A stretch of 63,862 nt of DNA, filler included, from Octopus bimaculoides (GCF_001194135.2; 6 parts of 6 records of this genome joined end to end with filler, not necessarily neighbours in it); one strand, 5' to 3'. Shown: positions 11,419-24,727, numbered from the whole stretch's first letter. Notes: generated by a model from the sequence alone, not told the origin. Made by a program: numbers and translations.

Positions 11419-12624
11419 TTAGTTTGTTCCGAAAATAATGGCCGATTTCAGAAACAATTATATTCTGGAAAAATTAACAATCATCAATGAGATTATTTCT
11501 GCGTCATTGATGAAAACTTATTCGCTTTGATGCTAAGAAAGCTTTGAATGCTGATTCTACCTCTGGTTTGGATCTAAAAGTTTTATTACTTAAAAACGTG
11601 TTTAAATGCTTTAAAAAAATGGTAGTCAATAGGTGAAAGGTCAGGAGAATATGGAGGATGTGGTAAAGTCTCGTATACAAAGTCTGTGAGTTTCTGCAGC
11701 GTCCTTCTTGCAACATGCCGCTTTGCATAATCGTGGAACAGAATTGGGCCACGCCGATTCACCAATGCAGGTTTCATTTTTTAGCAAGTGAGCATGTATT
11801 TCCACAGTAAACCTCTGCTGTAATGCTCTGATTCGCTTCCAGAAAGTTGTAATGGACAACACCAATTGCAGACCACGAGACAGTCACAATAATCATTTGC
11901 TGGTGCAACTTTGGCTTTGGGAAATGTTTTGGGGACTTATAACGACCAAGCCTTTGATCTGATCGTTTACGATTATTATAAAGGAACTACTTTTAGTCAA
12001 AGTGACTATTTGGTAAAAAAAAAAAGGAACTTTGGGGTTTCGCAAAGAGCATGGAGCACACTTCAAAACGCCGAACTTTTTGATTTTCATTGAGCTCATG
12101 AGGTACCAATTTATCGAGCCTTTTCACATTTCCAATCTTCAGCAGATTGCGTTAGACCGTTGCAATACTGACACCAAATGACTGATACATTTCTCTGACA
12201 CCTTAACGTGGGTTTTCGTCGACAATTGCTTTAATTTGTTCATTGTCAAGATTGCATGACCATCCTCTACCTTCTTCATCTTCAATGCTCTTATCATCGC
12301 TACGGAATTTCTGAAACTACCTTCGTACTGTGTGATCACTTGTAGACCCCTCTCCCCTCGCTCTGTTGACATTGGTAGCAGTTATGAAGGCATTGTGCCC
12401 AAGCTTGAACTCATGCAAGAAAAGTAAGCGAAGCTCCTTTTTTGCCATGTTCATAATTAAGGGTGCCTATGCTTCAAGAATGTTTTCTGTCTGAAATAGG
12501 TAGAAAATTATTAAAGTGCATACATCAATTACTAAGTATGTCAAAATTCAACTAAAATACTATGATAAAACTGTATTGCAAAACACAACACCTAGAGCGG
12601 CCATTATTTTCGTGAACAACTTAA
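11419..12624 (-). mobile_element. Full-length decayed mariner transposon with ~27-bp TIRs and TA target duplication
   Basis: TA|TTAGTTTGTTCCGAAAATAATGGCCG at 11417 versus CGGCCATTATTTTCGTGAACAACTTAA|TA ending 12626; encloses a transposase pseudogene. Confidence 0.92.
11504..12454 (-). pseudogene. mariner (DD34D-type) transposase pseudogene
   Basis: Translation across stops/frameshifts: HEFKLGHNA..FQKFRS..IEDEEGRG (HTH), LVPHEL (WVPHEL motif), ILFHDYAKRH, LPHPPYSPDLSPIDYHFF (YSPDL motif). Confidence 0.92.
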
Positions 12625-13825
12625 TAATTTCCAATTAGTTATTCACTGTCTTTATATTTTTCTTGCTTTATTCGCTTGAATCAGAAAAAGGTACCTAGTA
12701 AATATATCTTGAGTGACTTAGATATTCACACTGTAATTCGGTTACGGCCTGTTATTAGTTATCATTAGTCTGTTCTGGGCGAACAGTTCTCCGAATTAGT
12801 GGTTATCGGAGAAATAATTGTCATTTAAGATTAGGGAACTTTTCAGATTTAGGCATAGAACTGTTTTAAGTATTTTATGTAATTTTATGGATATATACTT
12901 TTTGGCTGGAGTAAGATATCTTCGTTTTCTAATTTACAACTTCTGATATTTGAGACTTTAGTTTGGTTTCAATAGAGATACATATTGTGTAGATTGTTTT
13001 ATCTACAAATGAGGTTGCATGTTAGATTTCAGACCGCACTGGAAATTCTATACATCCCGAAGAATGAATGACCTACAAAAGATTACGAGGAATGCATTAC
13101 ATACAAGAAATAACAGACCATTCTATATTCCTAAATACAAATTAATCTATTAGATGTACTGTTGTAGGCGATTATTTTTAAGCTTTGTCAAGTCAAAATA
13201 TTATCTGAACAAAACCCTAATCATACCCGACTCAGTTAACTGAGCGATAAACAGCACTGGAGAACTGAAAAACAATTAGCACCTAATCAATCGAACATTT
13301 TAATTAAATTGAGCAGCGATCAAGCTATTCTGCTTCTAATCCTCTATATTATGTAGCATTTATTTAATCTTACATCACCCTGAGATAAAGTAGAATGCTT
13401 TCCAGAAACTAGGCGATACCTCTACAGTGAGGATTTGGTAAAGCATGTCTTGAAATAATGCGTGGTGTAGGTACTTAAAAGAATCTACAATAATTTACAT
13501 AAACACACACACACAAACATCCATATAAACACGCGCGCATAAAAATATACACATATTACGTATGTAAAATCCCGTTTGTGTAACTGACAATTCGAATTTA
13601 TTGTTTCGAACCTAAAAACGATACTTTTAATTTGTAACGTCTCAGCAAAACACAATTGAGCGACACGCCAGAATATGTAGAATGCTTTTGAATTGCCCAT
13701 TACCAAATATACAAGGAACGTGGAAAATAAGAAGCCCTACTATCGTTTTGCAAACTTATTCCTAATACCAAAATAGCACGGCCCTCACTCCAATAAAGTA
13801 GTAGCATGACGTGTTAGTGTGTATA

Positions 13826-13839
13826 CATACACACACACA

Positions 13840-13915
<76 letters not shown>
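13826..13915. repeat. Compound (CA)n(TA)n microsatellite
   Basis: Direct runs ending at a gap. Confidence 0.95.
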
Positions 13916-14183
13916 NNNNNNNNNNNNNNNNNNNNNNNNNNNNNNNNNNNNNNNNNNNNNNNNNNNNNNNNNNNNNNNNNNNNNNNNNNNNNNNNNNNNN
14001 NNNNNNNNNNNNNNNNNNNNNNNNNNNNNNNNNNNNNNNNNNNNNNNNNNNNNNNNNNNNNNNNNNNNNNNNNNNNNNNNNNNNNNNNNNNNNNNNNNNN
14101 NNNNNNNNNNNNNNNNNNNNNNNNNNNNNNNNNNNNNNNNNNNNNNNNNNNNNNNNNNNNNNNNNNNNNNNNNNNNNNNNNNN

Positions 14184-16790
14184 TACCCAATGCCACTACA
14201 CCAAACCCTCCTCCTCCCCCTCTCCCTCCGATACACTCCCCCTTCATACTCAGTTCCATCCTTCTATTACTCCGACCCCCAAGCCTCTACCTACTCCCAC
14301 TCTTCCACTGCGCTTCGCCCCCCTCAACCCATGCTGTAACGAGTTTCAGGCCCATGCTGAGAATTATAACTTTGTGCGCCGTGTCAGGCTATATGCACTC
14401 TTCCACAACACTCCACCTGCATCTAACGAAGAGGACTGCTTCACCAACCTGGGCTGCCAACTATCTCACTGGGGGCCAGCTCTTGGCTAGTTCCAAGCAG
14501 TTGATCATTTTGCAAGCATCTGCCAACGTTGTGAACCGGTTCAACTTTTGCAGGCGTCTAGATGTTTTAACATCCTCCCGGCCGAACTCTCGGGGCCCTT
14601 CGATGTCTCCGACGCCGCAAAGATATCCTTATAAGGCCGGCCGATGACGGTGCATGCGATGTGGTGTGGCGCGCAGACTTCTACAAAGCTAAAACTCCCC
14701 GCCAACTTCAAGACACCTCCACCTATAGCCCCCTACCCTCCAACCCCACGCTTAACTACCAACTGACTCTGTCTTCCACTATCCATGACCTCATTTCCTC
14801 CTCCTGTCTGCCTCTCACCGCCCCAACCACATTGTCCGCACCCCCTACTCACCGTTTACTTTCTTCCTTCCCAAATTCCACAAGCCTAAAAACCCTAGCT
14901 GCCCCATCGCCTCCGCCTGCAACAATCCTACAGAATTGATCGCTAAATATCTGGATCAAGCGTTTATATACTATGGTCACACACAACGAAATACTTTTTG
15001 CACTGAAACCCTTTCCTGGCATTCGACCTAACACCCCACCTGACTCCTCCACACTTCTTCCTTCGTCTGGTTGAATTTGTTCTCTCCTTCAACTGCTTCT
15101 TGTTCGCGATGGATTTTTACCAAGGATTCTTAGGAGTGGTCATGGGAACGAGAATGAGCCCCAACTATGCGAACTTGTTCGTTGGCTATGTTAATACGTA
15201 AATATTCTCACGATTCACGGGTTCCACTCCCGAACTATATGGCCGTTATATCGACAACTGTATAGCTGCGACATCACTCTCCTGCGAACAAGTAGACTCC
15301 TTCCTCTCTTTTGTCAAATACTTCCATCCTGTCCCCGAATTCTCCTGCAATGTTTCTAACTCTTCCATCGAATTTCTCGACATATCCGTCAGCATACACC
15401 ACTCCGCTCTCACTACCTCCATCCACTGCAAACACACCGACTCACACGCCTACCTTAATTTCTCCTACTAACACCCCCCCACACCAAGCTCTCAATACCC
15501 TAATCCCAATTCCTCCTTCAGTCCAGGCTCTGCAGTGACTACCATGACTTTGAGATTCAGTCTCAACTCATGTCTCACCACTTCATCCTTCGTATATATC
15601 TCCTCACTACTATCCTCACTGCCCTTTCTAATGCACGTTCCGTGTACCCTGCCTCTGCTCTTTCTTCCGCCCCCACCCAGCCGTTACCAGTCTTCCGTTA
15701 CTCTCACCTACCACCCCTCCACTCTCCCCTCCAGCGCACCATTCTCCGCGCCATCCGGCGACTCCAGACCGACCGTTCCACCTCTCACATATTCTGTCCT
15801 TCAAATGAGCCTAGAAACTGCGCGACCTCCGGGTTCACAGTTTAATTTCTAACCCCACCTCCGAGCCTGGCACGTTCCCCTGCTCCCGCCCACACTGTCG
15901 CACCTGCCTACCTCTCTAGCACCACCATCCTCAAAGGCACCCATCATCGTCCCTATCACATCACCGACTCCTTTACTTGCACTCCTATTAGCGTCATTTA
16001 CAGCATCTCCTGTTCTTTATTTTCTTCCCTGTACATCAGTCAAAAAGGACGCCACTTACAGAACGGTTCGCGGAGCATCTATAAGACATCATACTCGGCA
16101 ATGACATCCCGGTCTCTCGCCATTTCCGCTCTACTGGGCATTCACTGCAACATCTGTCTGTGGTCAGACTGCCTTTGCACAGGGGTCATCTGGTCTCCCG
16201 CCTTCGCCGTGAACAGAAATTAATCTCTTTTCGCTCCTTTGCGCAACATGGGCTCAACTTTCCTCGTCTCTTCATCTGACACTTAGATTCTCTCTTCATT
16301 GACACCACACGATTCTACACACACTAGCACTGACCACTTTCCAGCATCCGCACCACACACTCACAAACATATCATCAATAGCGTCACCACACACTACTAT
16401 ATGAGCAAACACACGTTACAGACGCACACACGAACACACACACGTCAGTGTCACCAGCCCCTATTCATATACACACACTCACACATTCTCACGCACCAGT
16501 CTTACATATACGCATGCGCATGGGCACGTTATTTGGGATCACCAATACTTTATTTTATCCCTTTCTTTTAATCGCTTATTTCAAACTATTTTTCTAATCA
16601 TTCGGCATGCTTGACCGCTAATTGTACATTTTTTCCCGTTCTCTCTGTGCTAATTTTCTCTTATTCATTTCAGTTGAAATGGGCTGGTGAGAAGTGGACT
16701 GACACAGCCCGTAAGGTCACTAGGCGAGGGTACGCCGTTCGGACCAGTCCCGCAGAGATGATGAAATACATATTAGTGGCGACGAGGATT
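14184..16790 (+). mobile_element. Large Penelope-like element (RT + GIY-YIG), disrupted and internally deleted
   Basis: C-rich plus strand: FVRRVRLYALF, VVWRADFY..RQLQDTSTY, VMGTRMSPNYANLFVGY, LYGRYIDNCI (RYIDD-like), IEFLDISV..TDSHAYLNF, then FTCTPISVIYSISC..RHF..GHS..RLRREQKLI; pyrimidine-rich 3' region follows. Confidence 0.9.
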
Positions 16791-17176
16791 CTTAGCTCAA
16801 GCAGTGAGAAAAGATTTTGAAGAAAAAATCGTAGTGAAAATTATTGCACATTCCGATGTAGGAGTTGAACTAATTCAGAAGTACACAGAGTGAAAAATAT
16901 ATTCTATGAAAGAAAGAATAATGGGATAAAACTCGAACTCCAAAGCAGATCTCAACTACACAGTGAAAAATAGTATAGGTCTGTTTGAAGGATTTTAGTC
17001 AGGTTCCTATGCGTTAGTAGCGCTGCCAGTAATAATGTAAGACTTGGCAGTACGTGCGGCATTATGAAAAAAATGCTTCTGTGTGGAACAACAAAACAAT
17101 AATGGTGATAATAATTCTGGGTTTAGGATTTAATGATTATGTGTGAAAGAAAAAGTATTTCTGGCTAGAAGAAAAA

Positions 17177-17623
17177 ATGAAAAACAAAAATTTACATTCA
17201 AAGCGAGTCATGCCAAATTTCAAACATAAGCATACATTATCTGATGAAATTGAAAACAAACCAGTTGCTAAGAGAGTTAAACTGGACAAAGGAAACGCAT
17301 ACAATTTTATGATTTTGGATTTTAAGCAAGTCCATCTGAAAAAGACTCCAGATGAAATGTCGATGGAAGTGACTAGCAAAGAACACGTCGTAGAAAATTC
17401 TGTAATTAGAGAATCTGGTTCATCTGTTACAAGAATAGGGCCTTCTATGGAAAATGCTTTAAAAGATAATGAAAGTTTGCAGGTAACAGATCCAGGTTCT
17501 GCCGAGGAAAGTGTAACGAAAGGAAAGGTCGTAGAAATGAAAATAATATATAGTAATGCTGTGAAACTTTTCACAAAACAGAAATATAAATCTGTGCGGA
17601 ACAAGAAAAATCATTCTGGTTAG
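17177..17623 (+). CDS. Orphan 148-aa ORF with basic NLS-like motif PVAKRVKL; coding status unproven
   Basis: Uninterrupted ATG-to-TAG ORF free of Ns and microsatellites, K/E/S-rich; no family recognised. Confidence 0.3.
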   Translation: MKNKNLHSKRVMPNFKHKHTLSDEIENKPVAKRVKLDKGNAYNFMILDFKQVHLKKTPDEMSMEVTSKEHVVENSVIRESGSSVTRIGPSMENALKDNESLQVTDPGSAEESVTKGKVVEMKIIYSNAVKLFTKQKYKSVRNKKNHSG

Positions 17624-17678
17624 AAGAAAAGTAATGACAAAAAATAATGGTTTGTTGAGCAGACACACCCACACTTAT

Positions 17679-17731
17679 ACATATATAATATAAATAATAT
17701 ATGCATATATATAAACATATATGTACATTCC

Positions 17732-17798
<67 letters not shown>

Positions 17799-18432
17799 GC
17801 ATATGTGGGTACAGGACATCAAAAAACGTAGACAAAATGAGAAACGAGAACATAAAAACAAACACATAAGAAACGAATATTTTTCACACAACGAAAAACA
17901 AAACAAACAGAGAAACGAGACATGCAACATAAAGAGATTTCCCTTCACCAGTTGTCCCTTGTTTTATCTACTCCGCGTTTCGAAGGTAAGGACAAAACGC
18001 GACTTCGTTAAACAATCCTTCCCGCAAAGCAAATTAAATAATATTTGGGATTTTTTGGGGGAGGGTGAAAGTAGTAACAAAAACAGGACAGTGAGAACAG
18101 ACTGCCAAATTTTATTTAATTTGCGTTGTGGGAAGGACTGTTTTAACGAAGTCCAGTCTTGTCCTTACCTTCGAAAAGCGGAGTAGACGGAACAGGGGAC
18201 AGCTGATGATGGGAATGTTCTTTATGTTGCCTGTTTCGTTTCTCTGTTTGTTTCTTTTTTTCGTTGTTCGAAAAAGTTCATTTTCTATATGTTTCATTTT
18301 TAAGTTCTCGTTTCACATTTTGTCTACGTTTTTTGATGTCTTCTACCCATGTTTATATACATATATATGTAAGTATGTACATATGTGTATGTATATATGC
18401 ATATATTTATATATTATTTATATTATTATATG
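17679..18432. mobile_element. Imperfect palindrome (~320-360-bp arms, ~70-bp spacer) of a PLE-terminus-like repeat
   Basis: 17679-18041 is the diverged reverse complement of 18112-18432; arms share TTTAATTTGCG..GGGAAG..TTTTAACGA..CTTCGAAA..CTGATGA with 63072-63165. Confidence 0.72.
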
Positions 18433-19620
18433 ATCGAACTCCATGCATCCTTTTCAAGGTATATATATATATATATGTAAGTCTGTGTGGAACAAGAAAA
18501 ATCTGAATAAGAAAAATAATTCTGGTTAGAAGAAAAAGTAATGAAAATAAACAAATATTGTGTTGAAAAAATAAACCTCAAAGGGGGTGGTGTTGTGGCA
18601 GACGCCCTCAGGTCTGAAGTGAGCTGGTCCACTACTAATAAATAGTAGACTGACGCAGAGACGACGAAATACGTCCTCATAATTGATGGGACATATCAAT
18701 ATATATATATATATCCTGTTATACTGAAGATAGACGCCAAATCGTCCTACTACGAAAAATGTGTTCTTAAATTAGTAATTGGCTAGTTGTTTGCGAGCCA
18801 AAAAATGAAAGAAATCTTTTTTTTAAATAACAAATTCCATACTTCGACGTTTCGCCATAAATGATTAGGCAATCAGCCGTGGTTCCTCAGTGAAATCGCA
18901 GCCGACACGTAATAAATGAACTAGACAATAATCGTCTCCGTGAGGAGACACGTGCGTACAGAGTCTGACTATTATACATCGCAATTCCAATTCAAATGTC
19001 TTCAACTAGCGCGCCAAGCCAGAAAAACTGAAGCGAATAGAATTTAGCATTGAATGGAATTCAGCAGTGAATTAACGTTCTGGAAAACACTATGTGTTGG
19101 CAGTGATTCAACTGAGTTGCTACGGAAAATTCCTTAATTATTTAGGGCGAAACTGCGAGGTATGGAATTAACTGCTTTTTCATTTGCCTTTTATTTGTCT
19201 TGCTCGCAATCATCTAGCGCACTGCTAATTAGAGAACACATTTTTCGTGGTAGGACGATTTGGCGTCTATCTCCAGCATAAAAAGGAATCCATTTAGTGG
19301 TCTTTCCTCCTATTTATATATTTGAATATAGTTTACAGTCCTCGGAAGTATGCTGCCCACCGGCTTCAATTAGGATTATTTCATAATACTAACTTCTACT
19401 GTTAGTATTCAATCTTTATATATATATATATATATATATAAATGTATATATACATATATATATATATATAAATGCATATATATATATATATACATATATA
19501 TACATATATATATATAATATATATATAATATATAAATACATATATGTATATATATATATACATATATACTTACTCACACACACACATACACACACATATA
19601 TATATATAAATATATGTATA

Positions 19621-19712
19621 TATGTCATTGTTCATTTTTTTGGTAAGATTTCTTGCTAACAGAGACAGAGCCGGTTTCTAACCTAGATTCAAGTCTTCTT
19701 CATTGGAGTTTG
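19621..19712 (-). mobile_element. Probable 3' tail of a LINE/SINE ending in (TA)n
   Basis: Minus strand ..GAAGAAGACTTG..GGTTAGAAACCGG..GCAAGAAATC..AATGACATA running into a 200-bp TA-rich tract; resembles a common octopus repeat tail from memory. Confidence 0.45.
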
Positions 19713-20237
19713 TGCATAAGCAACAGGAAGCAAAAATGGAGCAACAACAACGGATAACTTTGTATGCATGTCTCTTCTATTTTTAATAATTATGAATGAT
19801 CCACTGAGGAGGAAGCCGGTTTTCAACAAAGATGCAATGCTCCATCTTTGGGATGTAGTTAACACTAACAAATTCACATTTGGAACTTGAAAATAGTCTT
19901 GCATTTTTATAATGTTCCACTCACAATTGGCACTTGTACGAATTAGCCGGTTAGTTTCTCTTTCTGAAAATCCTAGTTTATCCAGAATTATATCGCATCC
20001 TCTGGAAAGCTAACAGTCTCTCTTATAATGTCAACTCTGTATATATATAATTTTCGATGTCTTAACACGTACATCCTTGCGACAATATAAACTTTCACTA
20101 AATGAGGATACCTTTGATTTGAAGGGCAGCCTGTGGTATACACGTCACTTGGATATTTACGACTTCTGATATTCCGCTCACTATGAAATATCTAGGCCGG
20201 ATCTTATCTACTCCACTTCTTAACTCTTGTATATAGA

Positions 20238-20245
20238 TGTGTGTG

Positions 20246-20322
<77 letters not shown>
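20238..20322. repeat. (TG)n microsatellite
   Basis: Direct run. Confidence 0.95.
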
Positions 20323-20324
<2 letters not shown>

Positions 20325-23149
20325 TAAAATACGAGCATTCGCTAAAATTTATTCTAATGAGGAATGTAAAACTGACAGTCTTTCTTAAAGATAAAAGTAA
20401 TTTCTGTTTATAAATTTGAATAATCGTCATTAACTGATGGTGCAATGCAGAAACAATTGAATATATTAGGAGAAACAATTTATAAGAAAGTTAAATTCCT
20501 GGCAGATTAGATATCACCGGGAAGATAGATGAGGCGATATTGTTAACCTGTCTCTTGAGAGTGTAAATATTTTAGACAGCAATGACCGAGTTATAAGCCA
20601 GAAACGTAGAGGTAAAATGTTTTAGACGTTTCCCAATTAGATTCAGACTTATGAATGCGACTAAAATGAATGCAACTCAAAGAGTTCTATGTGTGTTACT
20701 CAATAATATGTTAGTATATAACTGATGGCTTTTTTATTAGTTTATAATAATGATTAGTCTACTGTCACTTTAGAAGTTTAATATTCAACCGTTCGATCTG
20801 CAGAACGACCCACTCACTGATTTTAACTTTTACATGTCGAAGTATTCAAGGGACACATCTAACATTAATTTGATAGTCAGAGAGATTCACTATAACACCG
20901 AGTGTGCAGAAGCTGGGTCTTGTCACATATTGTGCCATTCTTACTGAAGAGAAAATTTTATCAAACTCATTGAGATCGAACACGAGACCTTCTGATTATG
21001 AAGTGAATTATCTAAAGACAGAACGATGCATGCACTTATCATTTTACATCATAAAAAGTTAATTCTTTTCTCCTAGTGTATTTAAAGGTATTCGTCAAAA
21101 AGCTTCCGCTACAGTAAGTAGTTTAAGCTAAATTAAGGGAAAAAATGTAATTTTAAGTATATCGTTTTATATTATTATTACGCAGTTTTGTATATTTTTA
21201 TATAATTTCTTACGGTTGTCTACAAATGTAAATATTATGTCTACTGTTTGTCTATTCTTAAATGTAATATATCAGCTTTAGTAATTTACGTTTAAGTTAT
21301 TCTTATAAAGAATTACTTCGTTTCTTAACTTATAGATAATACAAATGCAATTATCTTAGTTAAATTCCTCAGAGAGGATTACGTACTTTCTACAGTCAGA
21401 TTCATAAAGGAACAATAAGTGTAATAATGGATGCTTGAATACAATGCGTACATAAATCAGATTTGTCAGCTATAAACCGTACAAAACTGTAGAGTAAACA
21501 TATTATTACAGTATTGACTACATATTTTATGCAAACATTATGATACCTAATAACTCTACTACAAAGGGTAGTGCTCATAGTCAAGCAGGCATCAGAATGC
21601 TTCCATCAGTTCCATACATTATTTGCTTTCGTTCCTGTGTTGTAAATTCATATTTGGTGGATTTGACTTCACATTTGTTAAAATATGTTTCACTAATATT
21701 TCAAACTCTATAGATATTATCGCCAAGTTTATTATGCGAGAATCAATTGTCAACGGCTTTTGTTAAGAAAATGTTTCTAACTATTCTTTTCTCTTATCAG
21801 TGACACAATTCTGTGTCCAACTGGTGAATTTTAGACCCTCAGAAAAAAAAAAAAACTGTAGGGTATTATTTCTTTCCGTAGTGGTTAACTTTGCCTATCC
21901 TGTCTCAGGTGTCAATCGAAAAACATATGAGGCAAATATTGCAAATAAGTAACCCTTACCTCAAAACCGTTGCTGTTGTACCTGTTTGAAAACAGTTATA
22001 AATTGACAGCAATGCAGTGGAATTGTAGCAAGAGGGTGAAGGTACAAAATTATCAGATGTTTAGATAAAGTGTCTTCTTGTATTGCTTGTGCCACTCTAT
22101 GTTCTCATTTAAAAAAATTAACGAAATCAATTTTATCTTCCATACTTCTGGAGAGTGAAAATGATACTACCACCCAAGTGCTGAAATACAATAACTAGAT
22201 TAACTCCTACCCGCAGACGTCAGGCAGTGTTGTCTATTTTACACAGAACTTTTAATTCCAAGTTTTATAACTTAAATAATCAAATGTAATCACTGTCGGC
22301 ATATTAATACAGTAAACCAATAGTTCTGGCTTCTTAAAATTTATTTAAGATGTTTAACTTTTGTAGAAATTAAATAAAATGAAAATATTTCTGTTTCGAA
22401 ATTTTGCTGTTTCGTTAAATAATCATAGTTAAATGATCATATTTCTTTCCTCTTATTACTGGAAAATCAAAACTTGCTGTTAACTCACTTCCATCGACTT
22501 GTTACTTTTGTGAACAGTTTAAATTTCTTGCGAAGCGCTAGAGTCGTCAGAGCAACGAAAATAATTCATTTCAACTCTTTACTATTTGAATTCAAATTCT
22601 GCTGAAGTCGACATTAATTTTTATTCTATCGGAGCTTAATAAATTTTGTACTGGTTAAGCACTAGAGACGATATTGATTAATCTTTTCACAATTGATAGC
22701 TTTGTGCCTACGTTAGACACCATTATATTTCAATAAATTATGTGTTCAAATTATCATTCAGCAGTGCGAATATCACAAGTTTACAGCGAATCATGAACTA
22801 ATAACATTGGTAAAAACTGAGATAAATACAGAAATGAAAAACCGTTGAAATCGTATTCATTTTTTAACCAGTGCAGCCTCGTTACTGCATCCGTCACGTT
22901 GGTCATCTTAGCACAGAAGTGTTCTGATTTGCGTTTTCGAACTTTATATAAAATCCTTGAACTTCTCACCACTATCAAGAGTTTTATTGTGAAGTAATTC
23001 AATAACCCGAAAACGGAGCATTGTTTTCTATTACAGTACTATTAAGCACTCTATTTATCATCTGAATGAAAAAATAACCGACAGCTTTTCTTCACATTTC
23101 GCAAGATCCGAAGATATCAAGTTCTGTTAGCATTTCAGAAGAAAAGAAA

Positions 23150-23510
23150 AATCAAAAACATACAATGTTCGAAGTTTCTTAGCACACTGATGTATTGGAA
23201 GGAAATAGATTTGGAAGCGGACGATAATAGCAGTATAAAAATATGGTAAAATGTAACAACAAAAAATATTTCCAGCACAGGATTTTGATGTGAGAGTTTC
23301 ATGAGGCAGTGATTGAAAATTCAGTTCTTCCTGCTGAGTAAATTCTCAACTTGGTAATTAAACGTAGACGAACTGAAGAAATGAAAATTTTCAGAATCAA
23401 CCGTTGATAGAGATTGGCTCGTGAAATTCTGATAGGTGTTGGCTACGCAAGTGCAATATCACACATAACCCAAATCCAAGGAGAGGATCTGAGAATTGAC
23501 TCAAAAAGCA
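23150..23510 (+). mobile_element. Possible ancient pogo/Tigger (CENP-B HTH) remnant
   Basis: Fragmentary translation KIW*NVTTKNISSTG..STVDRDWLVKF..ITQIQGE resembles W..R.K..PISG / S.GWL..F / I.GE motifs; heavily degraded. Confidence 0.3.
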
Positions 23511-24424
23511 AAACAAGAAATCGATTTCCCAAACAGGACATTTTAATGAGCGATGTACTGTATTCACACGTAAAACAATGAGATAAAGTGATCAAGCAAG
23601 TTATTACACCCATAGACATTAATCATTTTACTATTACAAGTTTAGATATAATAAAATATTTTCAACATGTCTCTGTGATCTTTGTATTTTACAAAGCTGT
23701 AGGGTTTTTTCGACATATGTTTTTAGTCGTATCCTCAAAAAAAAAAATATGTTTTAAAATAAAAATAAGAAAAATCAATAGACTCGGTGATGAAGTAAAA
23801 TCATCTCGTGGAAAAACTCGAAACACTTTATCATTTCATTGGTGGACTAAATAATATTAGCGACTGATGTATTTTCTTGTATTCAAATCAATTATATTCA
23901 AATTCATGTATTATTTATCATGGGTCAATAAAGTAATTACCAGTAATATATTCTGTTGACTCAAGTCGAGAGTAATGTATATATTACTGGCGACTCCAAA
24001 CACCATTGATTTATTGATGAATAAGACAGTAAATATATATCAAAGAATTTTGATCTCACTCTCCTACCTAAAAAGCCTACATTATATCATCTAAGACATA
24101 TGTAAATCATATCTCATACAAAAGCCAACTTGGTAAACATTTCGTGTGAACAAAAGAATTGCAGTAAACCGTCAAACACATGACTTGAATTTTACAGGGA
24201 GGCAGAAGTCCCTATAGACGTTTGGTCATATATAAATGTTGAAGTTTTTATAATTATATTTTGAGAAACGATTTATGCCCAGTAAACGATTTTATTGCAT
24301 AAGTACGTACACGCTTATACATATATGTATGCATGTATAAATATGTATAAATATGTATGTATATATATATATATATATATNNNNNNNNNNNNNNNNNNNN
24401 NNNNNNNNNNNNNNNNNNNNNNNN

Positions 24425-24436
24425 TTAATTAATTAA
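24425..24436. other. Assembly linker TTAATTAATTAA inside a 100-bp gap (also 49239, 52944, 61343, 62596)
   Basis: Identical palindromic 12-mer with TAA in all six frames, centred in ~44N-12-44N blocks five times. Confidence 0.9.
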
Positions 24437-24480
24437 NNNNNNNNNNNNNNNNNNNNNNNNNNNNNNNNNNNNNNNNNNNN

Positions 24481-24635
24481 GGAAGTAGCTTGCTTACCAA
24501 CCACATGGTTCTGAGTTCAGTCCCTTCTGCGTGGCACCTTGGGTAAGTATCTTCTAGTATAGTCTCGGGCCGACCAAAAGCCTTGTGAGTGGATTTGGTA
24601 GACGGAAACTGAAAGAAGCCCGTCGTGTATATGTA
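24481..24635 (+). mobile_element. SINE family A, 5' half
   Basis: AAGTAGCTTGCTTACCAACCACATGGTTC..GTGGATTTGGTAGACGGAAACTGAAAGAAGCCCGTCG as at 1931 and 52668. Confidence 0.85.
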
Positions 24636-24636
24636 G

Positions 24637-24689
<53 letters not shown>

Positions 24690-24691
24690 TC

Positions 24692-24727
<36 letters not shown>

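Noticed and set aside
18841-18890. Minus-strand CTGATT-GCC..GGC-GAAACGTC hammerhead-like remnant
   Set aside because: Core incomplete and no helix I partner; kept only as a possible decayed PLE end.
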